DNA of 64,000 nt from Octopus sinensis. Lineage: Eukaryota. Shown one piece after another: positions 11,881 through 25,274 of this stretch. The stretch lies in contig NC_042997.1 of NCBI RefSeq assembly GCF_006345805.1, positions 17,484,001 to 17,548,000 of the forward strand, given 5' to 3'. The stretch's first letter is position 1. Each line of letters opens with the position of its first letter. The translations under genes and the position numbers were made by a program. The notes under the pieces were generated by a model, which saw only the letters and a list, made by a program, of their open reading frames with translations, did not search any database and was not told where the DNA came from.

Positions 11881-13272
11881 GAAGAGAGAGAAAGAGAGAG
11901 ACATACATACGTACGTACATACATACATGTATGAGCCCTGGAGTAGTTGTGCTAACTGGACACACGCTGGGGCTTGATCAACCCTAACTGGAAAGACTGA
12001 ATGAGGTGTTTAATGTTGAAAGACCTGAAACACCTAATTGCCCCAAGAAACATCATTGGTGATGTGTTCAGCTGCATCACAGGCTGACGTATGAAAGAGA
12101 TGTGTGTGTGTGTGTGTATATATATATACTTGTTTGATGTTCAGTTTTCCATGCTAGAATGGGCAAGATGAATATATTGTTGGGACTTAATTTTACAGTT
12201 AGATGCCCTTTTTACCACAAACTGACCAGCATTTCATGTAAGGGATCTCTTATTCCATGTCTGTACAAGTGCAGAACCAACATTCACATTTTTGACAAGT
12301 AAATAACAACAAACTGCACTGATTGAAGGTCAGCAGATTTTCATGCAAGGCATGCAAAATGTAAGTATTTGCACAGACACACATGAGCACACACTCTGTG
12401 TTATATCATAGCAGAGATGACAAGTGACCAAGACTTCTGGCAATTCGCTGTACTTTAAACAACACTACAAGCTAAGTGAAATTGTGGCTATCCATACATA
12501 CACACATCTCCTCACACACACACACACATTATATGATCTGTTAAAACTCCCCCATCTTCCCAACACTTACTGCAGGCCCTGATCCACCCCTCCACTCACT
12601 CTCATGTACCTAGCTACACATGCCTCAGTCCCTCTCATTCTTCTTTACCACCCTCCCATCCACTCCAGATTCACTCAGCATCACTTGCTACTCCCCCCCC
12701 ATCTCTAAACGTATCCCTCACACCCTTATGCAACATCCACCCTATGCCCTCTGTACTAATTATACTCCTCCTCACTGTTCACTGAGGGCTCTAATACATC
12801 TCCAGCACCATCCATTTCTCTTTTTCTCCCACTCTGATTATCTCTCTATCTTTCTTTAACTCTCTCCCACCTTCCTTCTTCTTCCTTGTCCTACTGGATG
12901 GCCAAGAATCTTCTCTATAGTAAGACAACTATATGTGTCCCTCTATCGTACTCTAACCTCTCACCTGGCACACAGTTACTTCCTTTGGTTCCACCCCCTC
13001 TCTCAACTTGGAGAATTTTGTCTTGTGTAACTTGGCAACCCTGCTGGTGTCATGTGAAAAGTATTTGTGCCAGTGTCACATAAAAAACACCTGTGCTGAT
13101 GCCACATAAAAAGCTCCCATGCCAGTGCCATGTAATAAGCATTCAGTTCACTCTGTAAAATAGCTGGTGTTAGAAAGGGCATCCAGCCAGACAGACAATT
13201 GGAGCCAAGTGCATCTCTCCAACTTCCCAGCTCCTGTCAAACATGGGAAATATATATATATATATATGTATG

Positions 13273-13321
<49 letters not shown>

Positions 13322-13761
13322 TTATATAAAAGACACATACACACACACACATATATATATGTACACATATATTTATATAAAAGATACACACACACATATA
13401 CATATATATATGTGTGTGTGTAACTTTTATCTGCTTTAGTTATATAAGACTTCAGCCATGCTGGGGCATCACCTTCAACATTTTTTAGTCAAATGAATTG
13501 ACCTCAATACTTTTTTTTTAAGCCTGGCACTTATTCTATTGGGATCTTTTTGCCATTAAGGTACGGGGGACATATACAAACCACCAGTCGTCAAGCAGTA
13601 GTGGGAGACAGACAGAGACACAAACACACACACACACACACACACTGGCTAAAACTGTTAAGACATCGATTGCATCTGAATATAACCTACTTGCTTGTAC
13701 CTTGCTTTTGCTCATTGTTTCAGGTGGTTATGTAGTCCTGAGCAGAAATAAACAGCACCTC

Positions 13762-13818
<57 letters not shown>

Positions 13819-13963
13819 GCACATATATATATATATACACATATATATATGTACGTATGTACATACACACACATACAGCCATCTAAGCATCACCTGCAAG
13901 CACTAACTTTACATACTTTACATAGATATGTGTATATATATATATACATTGTGTGTGTGTGTA

Positions 13964-14002
<39 letters not shown>

Positions 14003-14191
14003 TCATCATCATCATCATCGTTTAACGTCCGCTTTCCATGCTAACATGGGTTGGACGGTTCGACCGGGGTCTGGGAAGCCAGGAGGCTGCACCAGGCCGA
14101 GTCTGATCTGGCAGTGTTTTTACATCTGGATACCCTTCCTAACGCCAACCACTCCGTGAATGTAGTGGGTGCTTTATATATATATATATAT

Positions 14192-15683
14192 ATGCTGAGT
14201 CACTATCAGAACTGGAGGAGAAGTTTCAAGTATGGAAGCAAGGATTAGAATCGAAGGGCCTTAGAATCAACCTAGCCAAAACCAAAGTCCTAATAAGTAG
14301 GAAGGTAGACCAATCACAAACGCCTTCAGGTAGATGGCCCTGCTCGATCTGTAAAAAAGGTGTAGGTAGAAACTCTATAAGGTGCACCAAGTGTAAGCTA
14401 TGGACACATAAGAGGTGCAGCAATGTCAAAGGAAGGCTAACTAGGAAAATAGCTTTTGTCTGTGGCAGATGCTCAGGAGCAATAAACATTGAAAATGTGC
14501 AGAGACCAACTTCTACCACGTTCCAGGGAGAAAAACTAGAAGTAGTTGATAGCTTCCGCTACCTAGGTGACCAAGTCAGTAGCAGTGGTGGGTGTGCTGA
14601 AAGTGTAACTGCTAGAGTAAGAATAGCTTGGGCAAAGTTCAGAGAGCTCTTACCCCTGCTAGTGACAAAAGGCAGACTGTATGATGCATGTGTACGAACA
14701 GCCATGCTACATGGTAGTGAAACATGGGCTGTGACTGCTGAGGATATGCGTAAGCTCGCAAGAAATGAAGCCAGTATGCTCCGATGGATGTGTAATGTCA
14801 GTGTTCATAATCGACAGAGTGTAAGTACCTTGAGAAAGAAGTTGGACCTAAGAAGCATCAGTTGTGGTGTGCAAGAGAGACGTTTGCACTGGTATGGTCA
14901 TGTGACGAGAATGGCTGAAGATAGTTGTGTGCAAAAGTGCCACACCCTAGCAATTGAGGGAACCTGTGGAAGAGGTAGACCTAGGAAAACCTGGGACAAG
15001 GTGGTGAAGCATGACCTCCGAACTTTAGGTCTCACCAAGGAAATGACTAGAGACCGAGACCTAATGGAAGTATGCTGTGCGTGAGAAGACCCGGCAAGAC
15101 TAGTGAAACCATAACCCGTGGCCTCTACCTGGTATGTAGCCAGTCGACTTATACATACCTTTCCTTCTTGGGACACTAAACTCCACTTGTGAAGACCCGT
15201 TGAGGCAAGTGAAAATCAAAATCAAACCAAATCAAATCAGATATCAGAAAGCAGAACCAAAATCGAAGTCGATCAACATCAATGGAAATTGCAGCTGTGA
15301 TACCAGTGCTGGTGACAAGTAAGCGAACCACCCGATCGTGGCCGTTGCCAGCGCTGCCCTGACTGGCCTCCGTGTCAATGGCACGTAAAAAGCACCATCT
15401 GTTCGTGGCCATTGCCAGCCTCGCCTGGCCCCTGTGCCGGTGGCATGTAAAAAGCACCATCTGTCCGTGGCCATTTGCCAGCTCCGTCTGGCACCTGTGC
15501 AGGTGGCACGTAAAATGCACCCACTACACTTACGGAGTGGTTGGCTTTAAGAAGGGCATCCAGCCGTAGAAACACTGCCAGATCAGACTGGGCTTGATGC
15601 AGCCTCCTGGCTTCACAGACCCCAGTTGAACCCATGCTAGCATGGAAAGCGGACGCTAAATGATGATGATGATGATGATGATG
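14192..15683 (+). mobile_element. 5'-truncated RTE LINE with frameshifted RT C-terminus, ~600-bp 3'UTR and (GAT)n tail
   Basis: AESLSELEEKFQVWKQGLESKG..., PHD-type finger, then ORF 14497-15084 ...LHGSETW...MLRWMCNV...RLHWYGHV...RGRPRKTW. The 3'UTR has ~50-bp tandem units and ends ggacgctaaa(tga)n. Confidence 0.95.
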
Positions 15684-16120
15684 ATATATATATAAAATCA
15701 TCATCATTTAGCATCTGCTTTCCATGTTGACATGGCTTAGATGGTTTGACTGCAACGGACAAGCTGGAGAGATGCTCGAGGTTCCAATTTGATTTGGCAT
15801 GATTTCTACAGCTGGATGCCCTTTCCAACACCAACCACTCCAAGAATGTAATGGGTGCTTTTTACATGCCACTGGCAAGATATATATATATATTCATACA
15901 TACATGCATACACACACACGAAGGGGTATCTTTGGGTAAAAGAAAATGTAGGAGGATCGGTTAATTATGAATTTATTTAACATATTCCCCTCTCAGATTC
16001 ACACCTTTATTGCAGTAGTCTTTTATTTTTCTAAGCTCTGTAAAAGAAGGTTGAGCCTCCAGCCAGGCAATTTGCAATACATTTTAAGCCAGGAACTTTG
16101 CAGCTGGGCCTCATACATAT

Positions 16121-16530
16121 TCTTTTATTCTTATATTTGTTTCAGTCATTTGACTGCAGCATGCTGGAGCACCGCCTTTAGCCAAGTAAATCGACCTCAG
16201 GACTTATTCTTTGTAAGCCTAGTACTTATTCTATCGGTTTCAGTTGTCAAGTGATGTTGAGGGGACAAACACAGACACACAAACATATACATACATATAC
16301 AAATATATATATATATACATACACATATATGTATATACATATACACATATATATATGTATATATATATACATATATGACGGGCTTCTTTAAGTTTCCATC
16401 TACCAAATCCACTCACAAGGCTTTCGTTGGCCCAAGGCTATAGAAGACACTTGCCCAAGGTGCCATGCAGTGGGACTGAACCTGGAACCAGGTGGTTGGT
16501 AAGCAAGCTACTTACCACACACCCACTCTG
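16121..16530 (-). mobile_element. tRNA-derived SINE with CORE-like box (most abundant family in the window)
   Basis: Minus-strand head gtggtaagtagcttgcttaccaaccac...ggttcagtcccac...accttgggcaagtgtcttc. Further copies at ~3920-4430, 4530-4880, 13430-13620, 26900-27060, 35170-35340, 43110-43250, 52750-52910, 56410-56830 and 61020-61480. Confidence 0.85.
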
Positions 16531-16536
16531 CACACT

Positions 16537-16569
<33 letters not shown>

Positions 16570-17332
16570 AATATATATATATATAGATATATATATATAT
16601 ATATATAAATATACACATTTATACAGATTGCATATAATACATGTATAGAAACACCTACATGTATACATATATACACACCTATATGTATACATACACCTAC
16701 ATGCATACTTATATATACATGAATGTATGTATATCTGACTCTCTCTTTCTACCTCTCTCTCTATCTATCTATCTCCTTCTTACTCTTTTTCTCTCACTCT
16801 GTGTATATGTTTGAGAAATTTGTTTCTCAACCACATGATTTTAAGGTTCAGTCCCACTCTGTGGCACCTAGTGCAAGTAATTTTTACAATAGCCTCAGGA
16901 TGACAAAGTCTTGTGAGTGCATTTGGATGACTGAATTTGAGCAAAGCTCATCATATGTGTTTATATATGTATAAGAGTGGATGTATATGTGTGTGAATGC
17001 ATGCATATTTAAACTATCTTCCTGAGACATTGTGTGATAGTTGTGTGATAGTTCTCATACAAGTGAAAACATGTCAGGCCATGGGGGAAAAATTAACCTT
17101 ACTTGGAAACAGGTGAAGGTTGCTGATAGTAAGGGCATTGGTCCATAAGATATCTGCTTCGATAAACTGTCTGACCCATGCAAGTATGGAAAAATGGATG
17201 CTAAAGCGACACTAATGGTGACACACACACATATGCATATATTTATGTGAATGAAAATTAATTTGGTAGAGAGAAGAGTTAAAAGAGAGTGAGCTAGGAA
17301 AGAGTAAATTAGTAGAGTAAATGTGTGTGTGT

Positions 17333-17365
<33 letters not shown>

Positions 17366-17404
17366 AGAAGAAGAAGAAGAAGAAGAAGAAGAAGAAGAAG
17401 AAGA
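17333..17404. repeat. (GA)n/(GAA)n microsatellite
   Basis: Direct reading. Confidence 0.95.
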
Positions 17405-17879
17405 AACATTTGAAGTGGGGGGTGAATAAGGAAGTGGGGCAGAGTGGCATCTGTGCTGGTAGGGGAAGTGAGAAGAGAGTGAAGGCAACTAAATGATGTA
17501 CACAAACAATGTTAATACAGCAGAGCAGTGGGGATGAGGAAGTTGGCACTATATGAAAAGGAAGAAGAGAATCACATGAAGGTGTAGGAGATTTGCTGGA
17601 AAAGTAGTAGCAATAGTTGTAGTAACTGTATTAGTAGTAGTAGCAGCAGCCACAGCTGCAGGAGCAGTAGTAGTAGAAGCAGATGTGTAGAAGCAGTAGT
17701 AGTTGTTGTAGTAATAGTAGTAGTAAGGCTTTGAGTGAATAGATGAATGAATTCAAGAGCAAAGGTGTGTGTGAGAAAGAGAGAGAAAGTGAAAGAGAGT
17801 TGAAAATGCTGTTGGTGGAGGCTGAAGCAGGGGTTAAGACAGTTGGGCATGCTGGTTGAATTGTAGGGAGATTCATTTA

Positions 17880-18730
17880 GTTATCAGTATCAGTGGTTCA
17901 ATCACTATCAAAACCACCACAGTAGCCTCTGGTGACACCACCTAAAGTACCAATGCCAACATGATGACAACAACAACGATGATGACGACGACAACCACCA
18001 CCACCACCACCATCATCACTATCACCCCATCTCACCCCACCACTTACCTCGTTAGTATCACCCCTACCACTGTTGTCACCAACATATTCACTGCTAGCAC
18101 TACCGCCAAACAACAACCATATTGCTACTACCATTTCCACCAGCACCTACAACACCATCACTACCACCAACTTCCACCTACACCACCTCATCAACAACAA
18201 CTGTAATAGTAACATTGCTACTACCATTACCATGCCTCTCCACCATCTCCATTACAAACTGCCACCTCTTGCAATGCCAACATCAATAGCAACATTAATC
18301 AGTAAGCTTTTATGAGGCCAGTCGATCTACTGCTAGAAATTGCAGTCAAACCTCTCTCAAGTCACTCATTACCATCTTAAAAAGGAAAGGATAAATTAGA
18401 TGATGTAGTCCTATATATATAAAAAGATGGTATGACATGGCTGGAGCATGTTTGATCTTAGGTTTGCTTCATGAGTGTTGGCCTTAGGCTAAACAACAAC
18501 AACAACAACAGAATTCTTTCTCCATCTGATGCCATCATTGTCACCATTGTCATCATCAGCATTATTTCACATGCTACCACCAACAACAATAACAGCAATA
18601 TTGCATGGCAATGATAATAACAGCAGTAGTGATGATGAAGGTGCTGAAGATGATCATAACAATGATGTTGGTGATGATGATGATTATGGTGTTGGTGATG
18701 ATGAGGATGATAATGATGATGATTGCTAAA
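17880..18730. repeat. Degenerate trinucleotide tracts (CAC/CAA/CAT/GAT)
   Basis: Low-complexity runs producing the poly-T/H/D ORFs. Similar tracts at 2940-3340, 44530-44830 and 47690-47880. Confidence 0.85.
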
Positions 18731-19186
18731 ATAAATAAACATTGTCATCACCAACCACTAACATAACCAGAACCACTGGAAACATACACCACCACCATCA
18801 TGTATGCATATTTGCACACATAAATGAATGTGTATGCTTGTCAAATTTCAGGTGACAGCATGCAAGTTGGTGTATGTTTATATATGTATATGGTATGCAT
18901 TTATGTGTGAGTGTGTGCAAATGTGTATATGTATAAATGCAACCATTTTAATATCAATGTGAAAATGTAGATAACTTTGTATGTGTGTGCTAATACAGCA
19001 GAGTGTCAATACGATCACATGGTTTCATTTCATGTATAAGCTGTGTATGTCAAGATGCAAGTATGCATATGCATGTATGTGCTCTTTGTATGTGTTTACA
19101 TGTGTGCGTGCCTGTGAGCATGTGTGTCTGTGTGTACAAGCATATTTCTCTGTGTTGATGTTTCCATGTGTCAGTGCTTCCAACAG

Positions 19187-19223
<37 letters not shown>

Positions 19224-20300
19224 GCTTGCGCACATGTCTTTCAAGCAACAATAAAATCAAAGTTTGTTGGATGTATGAGTATGTTTATGCATTTATGTAT
19301 ACGTCTCTGTACTTTTATTTGTGAGCGTGTGTTTGCGTAAAGCTCTCTCACTCTCTCTCTGACACACACACACATATATTTAAGGTAAACACATTTATGC
19401 ATTCATGCATCATACCTGTGAATGAGTGTGAGCTATATTTCTGTGTCAGTGTTCTGTGCGTATGCTTTGTGTATGCATGAATAAGTGCACGTGTGAATGT
19501 GTATACATGTGAATATGTTTATGCGTTAAGGTTTGACAATGCTGAGCAATAGGAATAGATTATGAATGTGGATATTAGGAGCTCTGTTAAGTGGTAGTGT
19601 TATTGTTGATGGTGGTGGTGTTAAGGAAGGTAGTAATAGTTGTTATATTGGTAGTGGTTGTGGTGGTGGAAGCACAACTGTAACAGGGCTGGGATAAGCA
19701 GTGGGAATGATACAAATAGTAGTGATGAATACGATAGTGTCAATGATGATGATTATGATGCGGTGGTGCTAGTGGTGGGTATGAAGGCCTTTACATTATT
19801 GTTGAAGGTGATGGTCATGCATACGTCTCTCTATATACCTGTCTGTCTGTTTATCTATCTATCTATCTATATCTGTTAGAATGCATTTATTATATGTGTG
19901 TATGTGTAAATAAACACAGACTGAGACATGCAGGTTGTCACCATCACTTAAAAATCATGCACGTGTTTGCACTCAGAGAAAGTTTGCACATTCAGCACAC
20001 ACATACTGCACACCAGCATACATAGAAATATACAAAAGCATAGAGTTAACACATGTTCCTGAGTTTATGAAGACAAAATTAAAGCACAACATACACACAC
20101 ATCCATACACACATATACACATATACTCACATACATATATTTAGACACATTCACTAGAGACATTGGTTAGAAATGAGTAAAGACTGCTATTAGTAGAATG
20201 GTAATGTTATAATAATGTTGGGAGATAAGTGGATACAGTGAGGTAACAAATGAAGATGTATGTATGTATATGTGTATAGTGTATATAGGTAGACAGATAG

Positions 20301-20351
<51 letters not shown>

Positions 20352-20485
20352 GAGAGAGAGAGATAAATTAAGTACCAGTTACGCACTGGGGTCGATGTAA
20401 TTGACTTAATCCCTTTGTCTGTCCTTGTTTGTCCCCTCTGTGTTTAGCCCCTTGTGGGTAATAAAGAAATATATATAGAGAGAGA

Positions 20486-20527
20486 GATAGATAGATAGAT
20501 AGATAGATAGCTAGATAGATAGATAGC

Positions 20528-20604
<77 letters not shown>
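20486..20604. repeat. (GATA)n microsatellite
   Basis: Direct reading; about 30 units with two gcta variants. Confidence 0.95.
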
Positions 20605-20606
<2 letters not shown>

Positions 20607-21097
20607 ATAGATTTGGCTATGTATCTCTCCTTGTGTCTCTCTTTAAATTTCTAATGATTCACTGAGAAGTGATAAATTAAAGAACTCAATGCATAAATGT
20701 AGAGTATTCTTTAATCATTATAACTGAAAGGTTCAAAATTCCTGTACATCCATACAATCACCATTGATGAACTTCATTCACAAAGCAGTAGTCAGTTGAC
20801 AGCTATAGTAAAAAGCATTTGCCCAAGGGTCCAAGCAGTAGGATAAACCAGATGATTATGAAATGAACTCTGTATCCAGAGAGCCACCTACCTTCATCTG
20901 CAACCTAATTCCTCCCCTTACTTTAGACAAAAATACAGATAGAGAAGTAACTACATAGATAGATAGCCATAAGTAGATGAGTATTGAATAGGTTAATAAA
21001 TAAATATACACACATTTAAAATATAAGTGTAAGTGTGTGTGATTGTGTATGGCTATATATGTATATGTGTGTGTTAGGGTTAAATAAATCATTATAT

Positions 21098-21159
<62 letters not shown>

Positions 21160-21178
21160 TTATTTAACCCACACACTT

Positions 21179-21219
<41 letters not shown>

Positions 21220-22141
21220 AGAGTGTGAGAGAGGAGATATGATTACTCTAAGAACTCAATACCAATAGAGTAAAACATTGTTTAAATTCAAAGTGTCTAC
21301 TCATTATACAAAGACTTCAAAACAGATAGGTTCAAGCTTATTGATTTCCTATCAGGGTTCCAGATAAGAAATTGAGTGGCTTGAACCTATCAAGATGGGT
21401 GAATGAAGGGACCAAAAGTATTATGGTAAAAACTGAGATTAAGGTGAGAGGGTGTGGAAAGAGAGAGAGAGAGACTACAGATAATGATAGAGAAGGGTAA
21501 CGGTAAGAGTGAGTGATGAAAATAGTGATGGTAGAAAGAATGGAGTTCAAGCAGATCTGATTTGATGCATCTTCTTATACATCAGTCTCATAATGAACAA
21601 GTGAAGTTGAGTGATAAGGACTGTGGTTGGGTAACTGAATAGAGAAGGATATGTCCAATACCATCCCTTCTTACGTGAGTGCATGGTACAATAAATAAGA
21701 GAAAGGGTAGCAAAAGGTAGTTTTGAGAGATAAATGGGTTGTACAGTTCGATTGACATCCTTTGCAACATGGAAAGCATAGCAGAAAGGGTAGGAGAAAT
21801 TCACAGCCATCCTTAATCGACCAGTAGCATAAAATAGTCAATACATATCTATATTAATGTATCTATCTATATGGCTAGACGGGAGCGCGTGTGTATCTGT
21901 GTGTATGTATATATATATATATATATATATATTATTGAAGTAGATAAATGAATTATCTTATTACGGATAATTCAAATGATAACCGATACCTGGGTAGCAA
22001 AAATCACAACAGAAAAAGCACGGTTGAGGTTACGACCATGGGGCCTAAAATCCGTGCCTTAGTGCGGAAATTTGAAGTTTTATATATTTAGTGTAGGAAG
22101 AAATGGAGCTGAACGAAGATTTAACAAAATTCCTTTTTATT

Positions 22142-22227
22142 ATTTTCTACATATGTTTCAAAGGCTGCAAAGTCCCTAATTCGGATTGAATAAGGAGTCC
22201 ATTTTGCAGCCTTCTCTTCAGGAAAAT
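22142..22227 (-). ncRNA. Type I hammerhead ribozyme, mirror copy on the minus strand
   Basis: Exact reverse complement of 22310-22395; predicted cleavage between 22148 and 22147. Confidence 0.85.
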
Positions 22228-22309
22228 CCAGGAACTTAATTCCATGGGCTCCTCGTGAGCGTTTGTCGAAAAGCTTGCTGTGCATTTTGTTGGAGAATTA
22301 AGTTCCTGG

Positions 22310-22395
22310 ATTTTCCTGAAGAGAAGGCTGCAAAATGGACTCCTTATTCAATCCGAATTAGGGACTTTGCAGCCTTTGAAACATATGTAGAAAAT
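22310..22395 (+). ncRNA. Type I hammerhead ribozyme (intact core)
   Basis: Stem I AUUUUC (22310-15) pairs with GAAAAU (22390-95); core CUGAAGA 22316-22; stem II G.U plus 11 bp AAGGCUGCAAA/UUUGCAGCCUU; GAAA 22378-81; stem III AC(AUAU)GU is palindromic; predicted cleavage after GUA at 22389. Confidence 0.85.
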
Positions 22396-22443
22396 AATAA
22401 AAAGGAATTTTGTTAAATCTTCGTTCAGCTCCATTTCTTCCTA

Positions 22444-22479
<36 letters not shown>

Positions 22480-22481
<2 letters not shown>

Positions 22482-22543
22482 CGTAAGGTGTACTAGCCAT
22501 CTGAATGTGGCTAGCCACTCAGATGGCTAGTACACCTTACGTT
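22480..22543. repeat. 64-nt hairpin/palindrome
   Basis: aacgtaaggtgtactagccatctga (22480-22504) pairs perfectly with tcagatggctagtacaccttacgtt (22519-22543). The loop contains a second palindrome, gtggctagccac. Confidence 0.9.
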
Positions 22544-23608
22544 GTCAAGCGGTTACTGTTTATATCTCGTTCAGAGATTTATTATTGCTTATATATATAT
22601 ATATATATATATAATCATCATTTAATGTCATATATATATATAAAGTGACAAGCATAGCAGTGTGGTTAAGCAGTTTGCTTTATAACCAGATGGTTCTGGA
22701 TTAGTCAGTTTCATCTGCATGGAACCTTGAGTAAGTACTATACACTTGGTTTAGCTACATACATTGTGAGAGAAATTTGTTAAATGAAATCTGTGCAGAA
22801 TTCTCTTGTATGTTATACACACACTCACATCTACCTATATACATGTGTGTATTGTATCTATGTGTGTTTGTGTGTGTGCCTTCATCCATGCTTGTACTTA
22901 TGCACTTGATGCAACACTACTAAAGAAAATTATGCCATCTGAAAAAGGCAATTTATCTTATCAATCTATATTTTATTGACTATAGCTAAATAATATGTTC
23001 AAATAAATACCAGAGATGTTATGACTAACTAAAATCTTTAGTGACAGTGCCCTAGCATGGGACCCTGTTCAATGACAAAACTTGCAAAGTTGACTTATGA
23101 TTGGTCAAATAAGATGCAGTAAAAATAGCTGTTTGCAAAGACCTAATAAGTTTGATTCTCACTGGGTCACATGGTCAAATGTTTTGTAGGTCAAGACATA
23201 CTAGAGGACTGGTATAAAGAGAGATTGCCCTATACAAGCCTTCAATCATCAAGGAAAAATATTCCATGAAACTCCTTGAACCCAGTTGTAATGAATTTGT
23301 GATAAGGAACCTGGGAGGTTCAGATATGTGGAAGCTATCTAAAAGAAACCTTCCTTGGGGACAATAGGTGGATGATATCTCACAGCCTTGTTGATTTAAG
23401 TATGGTGTGGCTTTAGTGACATTTCATGTTATTTAAGTATGTTTGCATCCTTATTCATTGAATTTCCAGACAAACCGGGATTGGAATTTTGACTTTATTT
23501 AATTCTTTGTTCTAAATGAGATGCTTTTAGAGACAATTTTTTAAATGTTTTGCAGTGAATCTTGTGTAATTCTTTTTAATACCAATACACACATATAGAC
23601 ATATAGAA

Positions 23609-23645
<37 letters not shown>

Positions 23646-25235
23646 CACACACATACATTCACAGATGTAATGCATTTCTGTGCAGGGAAATTAAACCCTA
23701 AAAACACATAGTTGTGAATTGAACTACTTAATCATAGAACCCTATAAATATATATATATATATTATATGCATGTATATTATGTATGTGTGCACATATATA
23801 TATTTACATATAAGCACGCACATGCATTTATGCGTAATGAACTTTTGACAGAAATAATGTTTTAAGTAAGCCAAATGTTAGGACAATATGTGTATGTGTG
23901 TATGCATCATTCTATATGTGTAAATGTGAGTGTATGTGGGTTAGTTTGGATGGTTTTATGTTTGTTCTTCAAAGCTACTAGGCAGGTAGCTACTGTGTTT
24001 AAAGAAGTAAAACTAAAATGCAGTAGTAACTGAGAGTTAAAGTTATGATGAACAAAAATGAAAGAAAAAGTATATCTAGATAATGATAAGGATAATATAA
24101 TAATGATAATAATAATGAAAGTAATAATAATAATAATAATATATCGGATACTTTGTGTAGATTAATCTTATCAGTTATTTTCATTTTATCTTAGTCCTGT
24201 TTCTTCTTTTGAAATTTTTAGTATCTTATTTTTACTAATCTTTGCTTTTGTGAAAATACCTTTTGGTTGGGAATATGTTATTTCTGATAAAATTCGTTTT
24301 ACAGCTCTTGGGGCACCCTAAGTAACCATTAGAATCATAATTATTAGAAACTATATACATATATATATGTAGGTTTGTGTGCATGTGAGAGTAAGAAAGT
24401 GTATGAGTATATATGTATACACACACACACACATACATACTTACATACATACATATATATATATATATAATACACATACACATGGCAAGAAGAAGTAAGA
24501 GTGAGAGAAAAAGGAAAGCTAGGGTTTAAGAAAATGTAGGTGACAGCAAATGTAATGCTAACAAACCATTCTGCACACACACACAGACATCGGCTGCATG
24601 CCACGTACTAAAGAAGACATACCTGCCACCTTTCTATTGCACTACATAGCTTACAGTTTTACTATAAAGAAACAGATTATAGATAGCAGTTGCCGTTTTG
24701 GAAGCAACAAAAACGCATGAAATTAGTGTTGTGGTGTAAAATGTGTTTGCTCTACTCTGTATCATATTGTATTGCCAAGACGGCTCTCTCCTAATAGATA
24801 GCTTGTGTTTTTTATGTTTTGTTTATTTACATATGTGTTTGTCGTTTTGATTGTTTGTGTGATAGTCTTATGTTATATATTTGATAGAATTCCTTTGACG
24901 TACTACTTCTTATCATTTTGTTGACTACAGCATTTGAAGTTTTACTTTCAAATGTGTCAGTGTTATTTCTATAGAAAGAAAACATTTTTCTGTTATTGTT
25001 CTTGTTCTCTATTAGTAAATCTATTGTTCTCTTATCATATGGCCTTTACATAAAATATTTACATGCATATATACAAATATGTGTGTCTGTGCACACACAC
25101 ACACAAAAACTTACATTCAAATATATATTTCTATGTGTGTGTATGCACACACATATGCATACGCATGCATATACATACACACACATATACATATATATAA
25201 ACATGCACACACATAAACATATATATATAAACATG

Positions 25236-25274
<39 letters not shown>

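Larger units (their letters stand above)
22089..22448. mobile_element. Perfect fold-back element: 154-bp inverted arms with a 52-nt spacer in (TA)n context; probable Penelope-like pLTR derivative
   Basis: 22089-22242 is the exact reverse complement of 22295-22448 (no mismatch found by eye). Each arm contains a hammerhead motif. Confidence 0.9.

Noticed and set aside
14735-14770. CUGANGA...GAAA matches here and at 43054, 46448 and 57657
   Set aside because: No stem I/II/III pairing; these are chance matches, mostly inside TE coding sequence.
23190-23390. Two overlapping short ORFs after a ttttgtag acceptor (QDILEDWYKERLP… / MKLLEPSCNEF…)
   Set aside because: Each is under 35 codons, with no strong donor and no recognisable homology.
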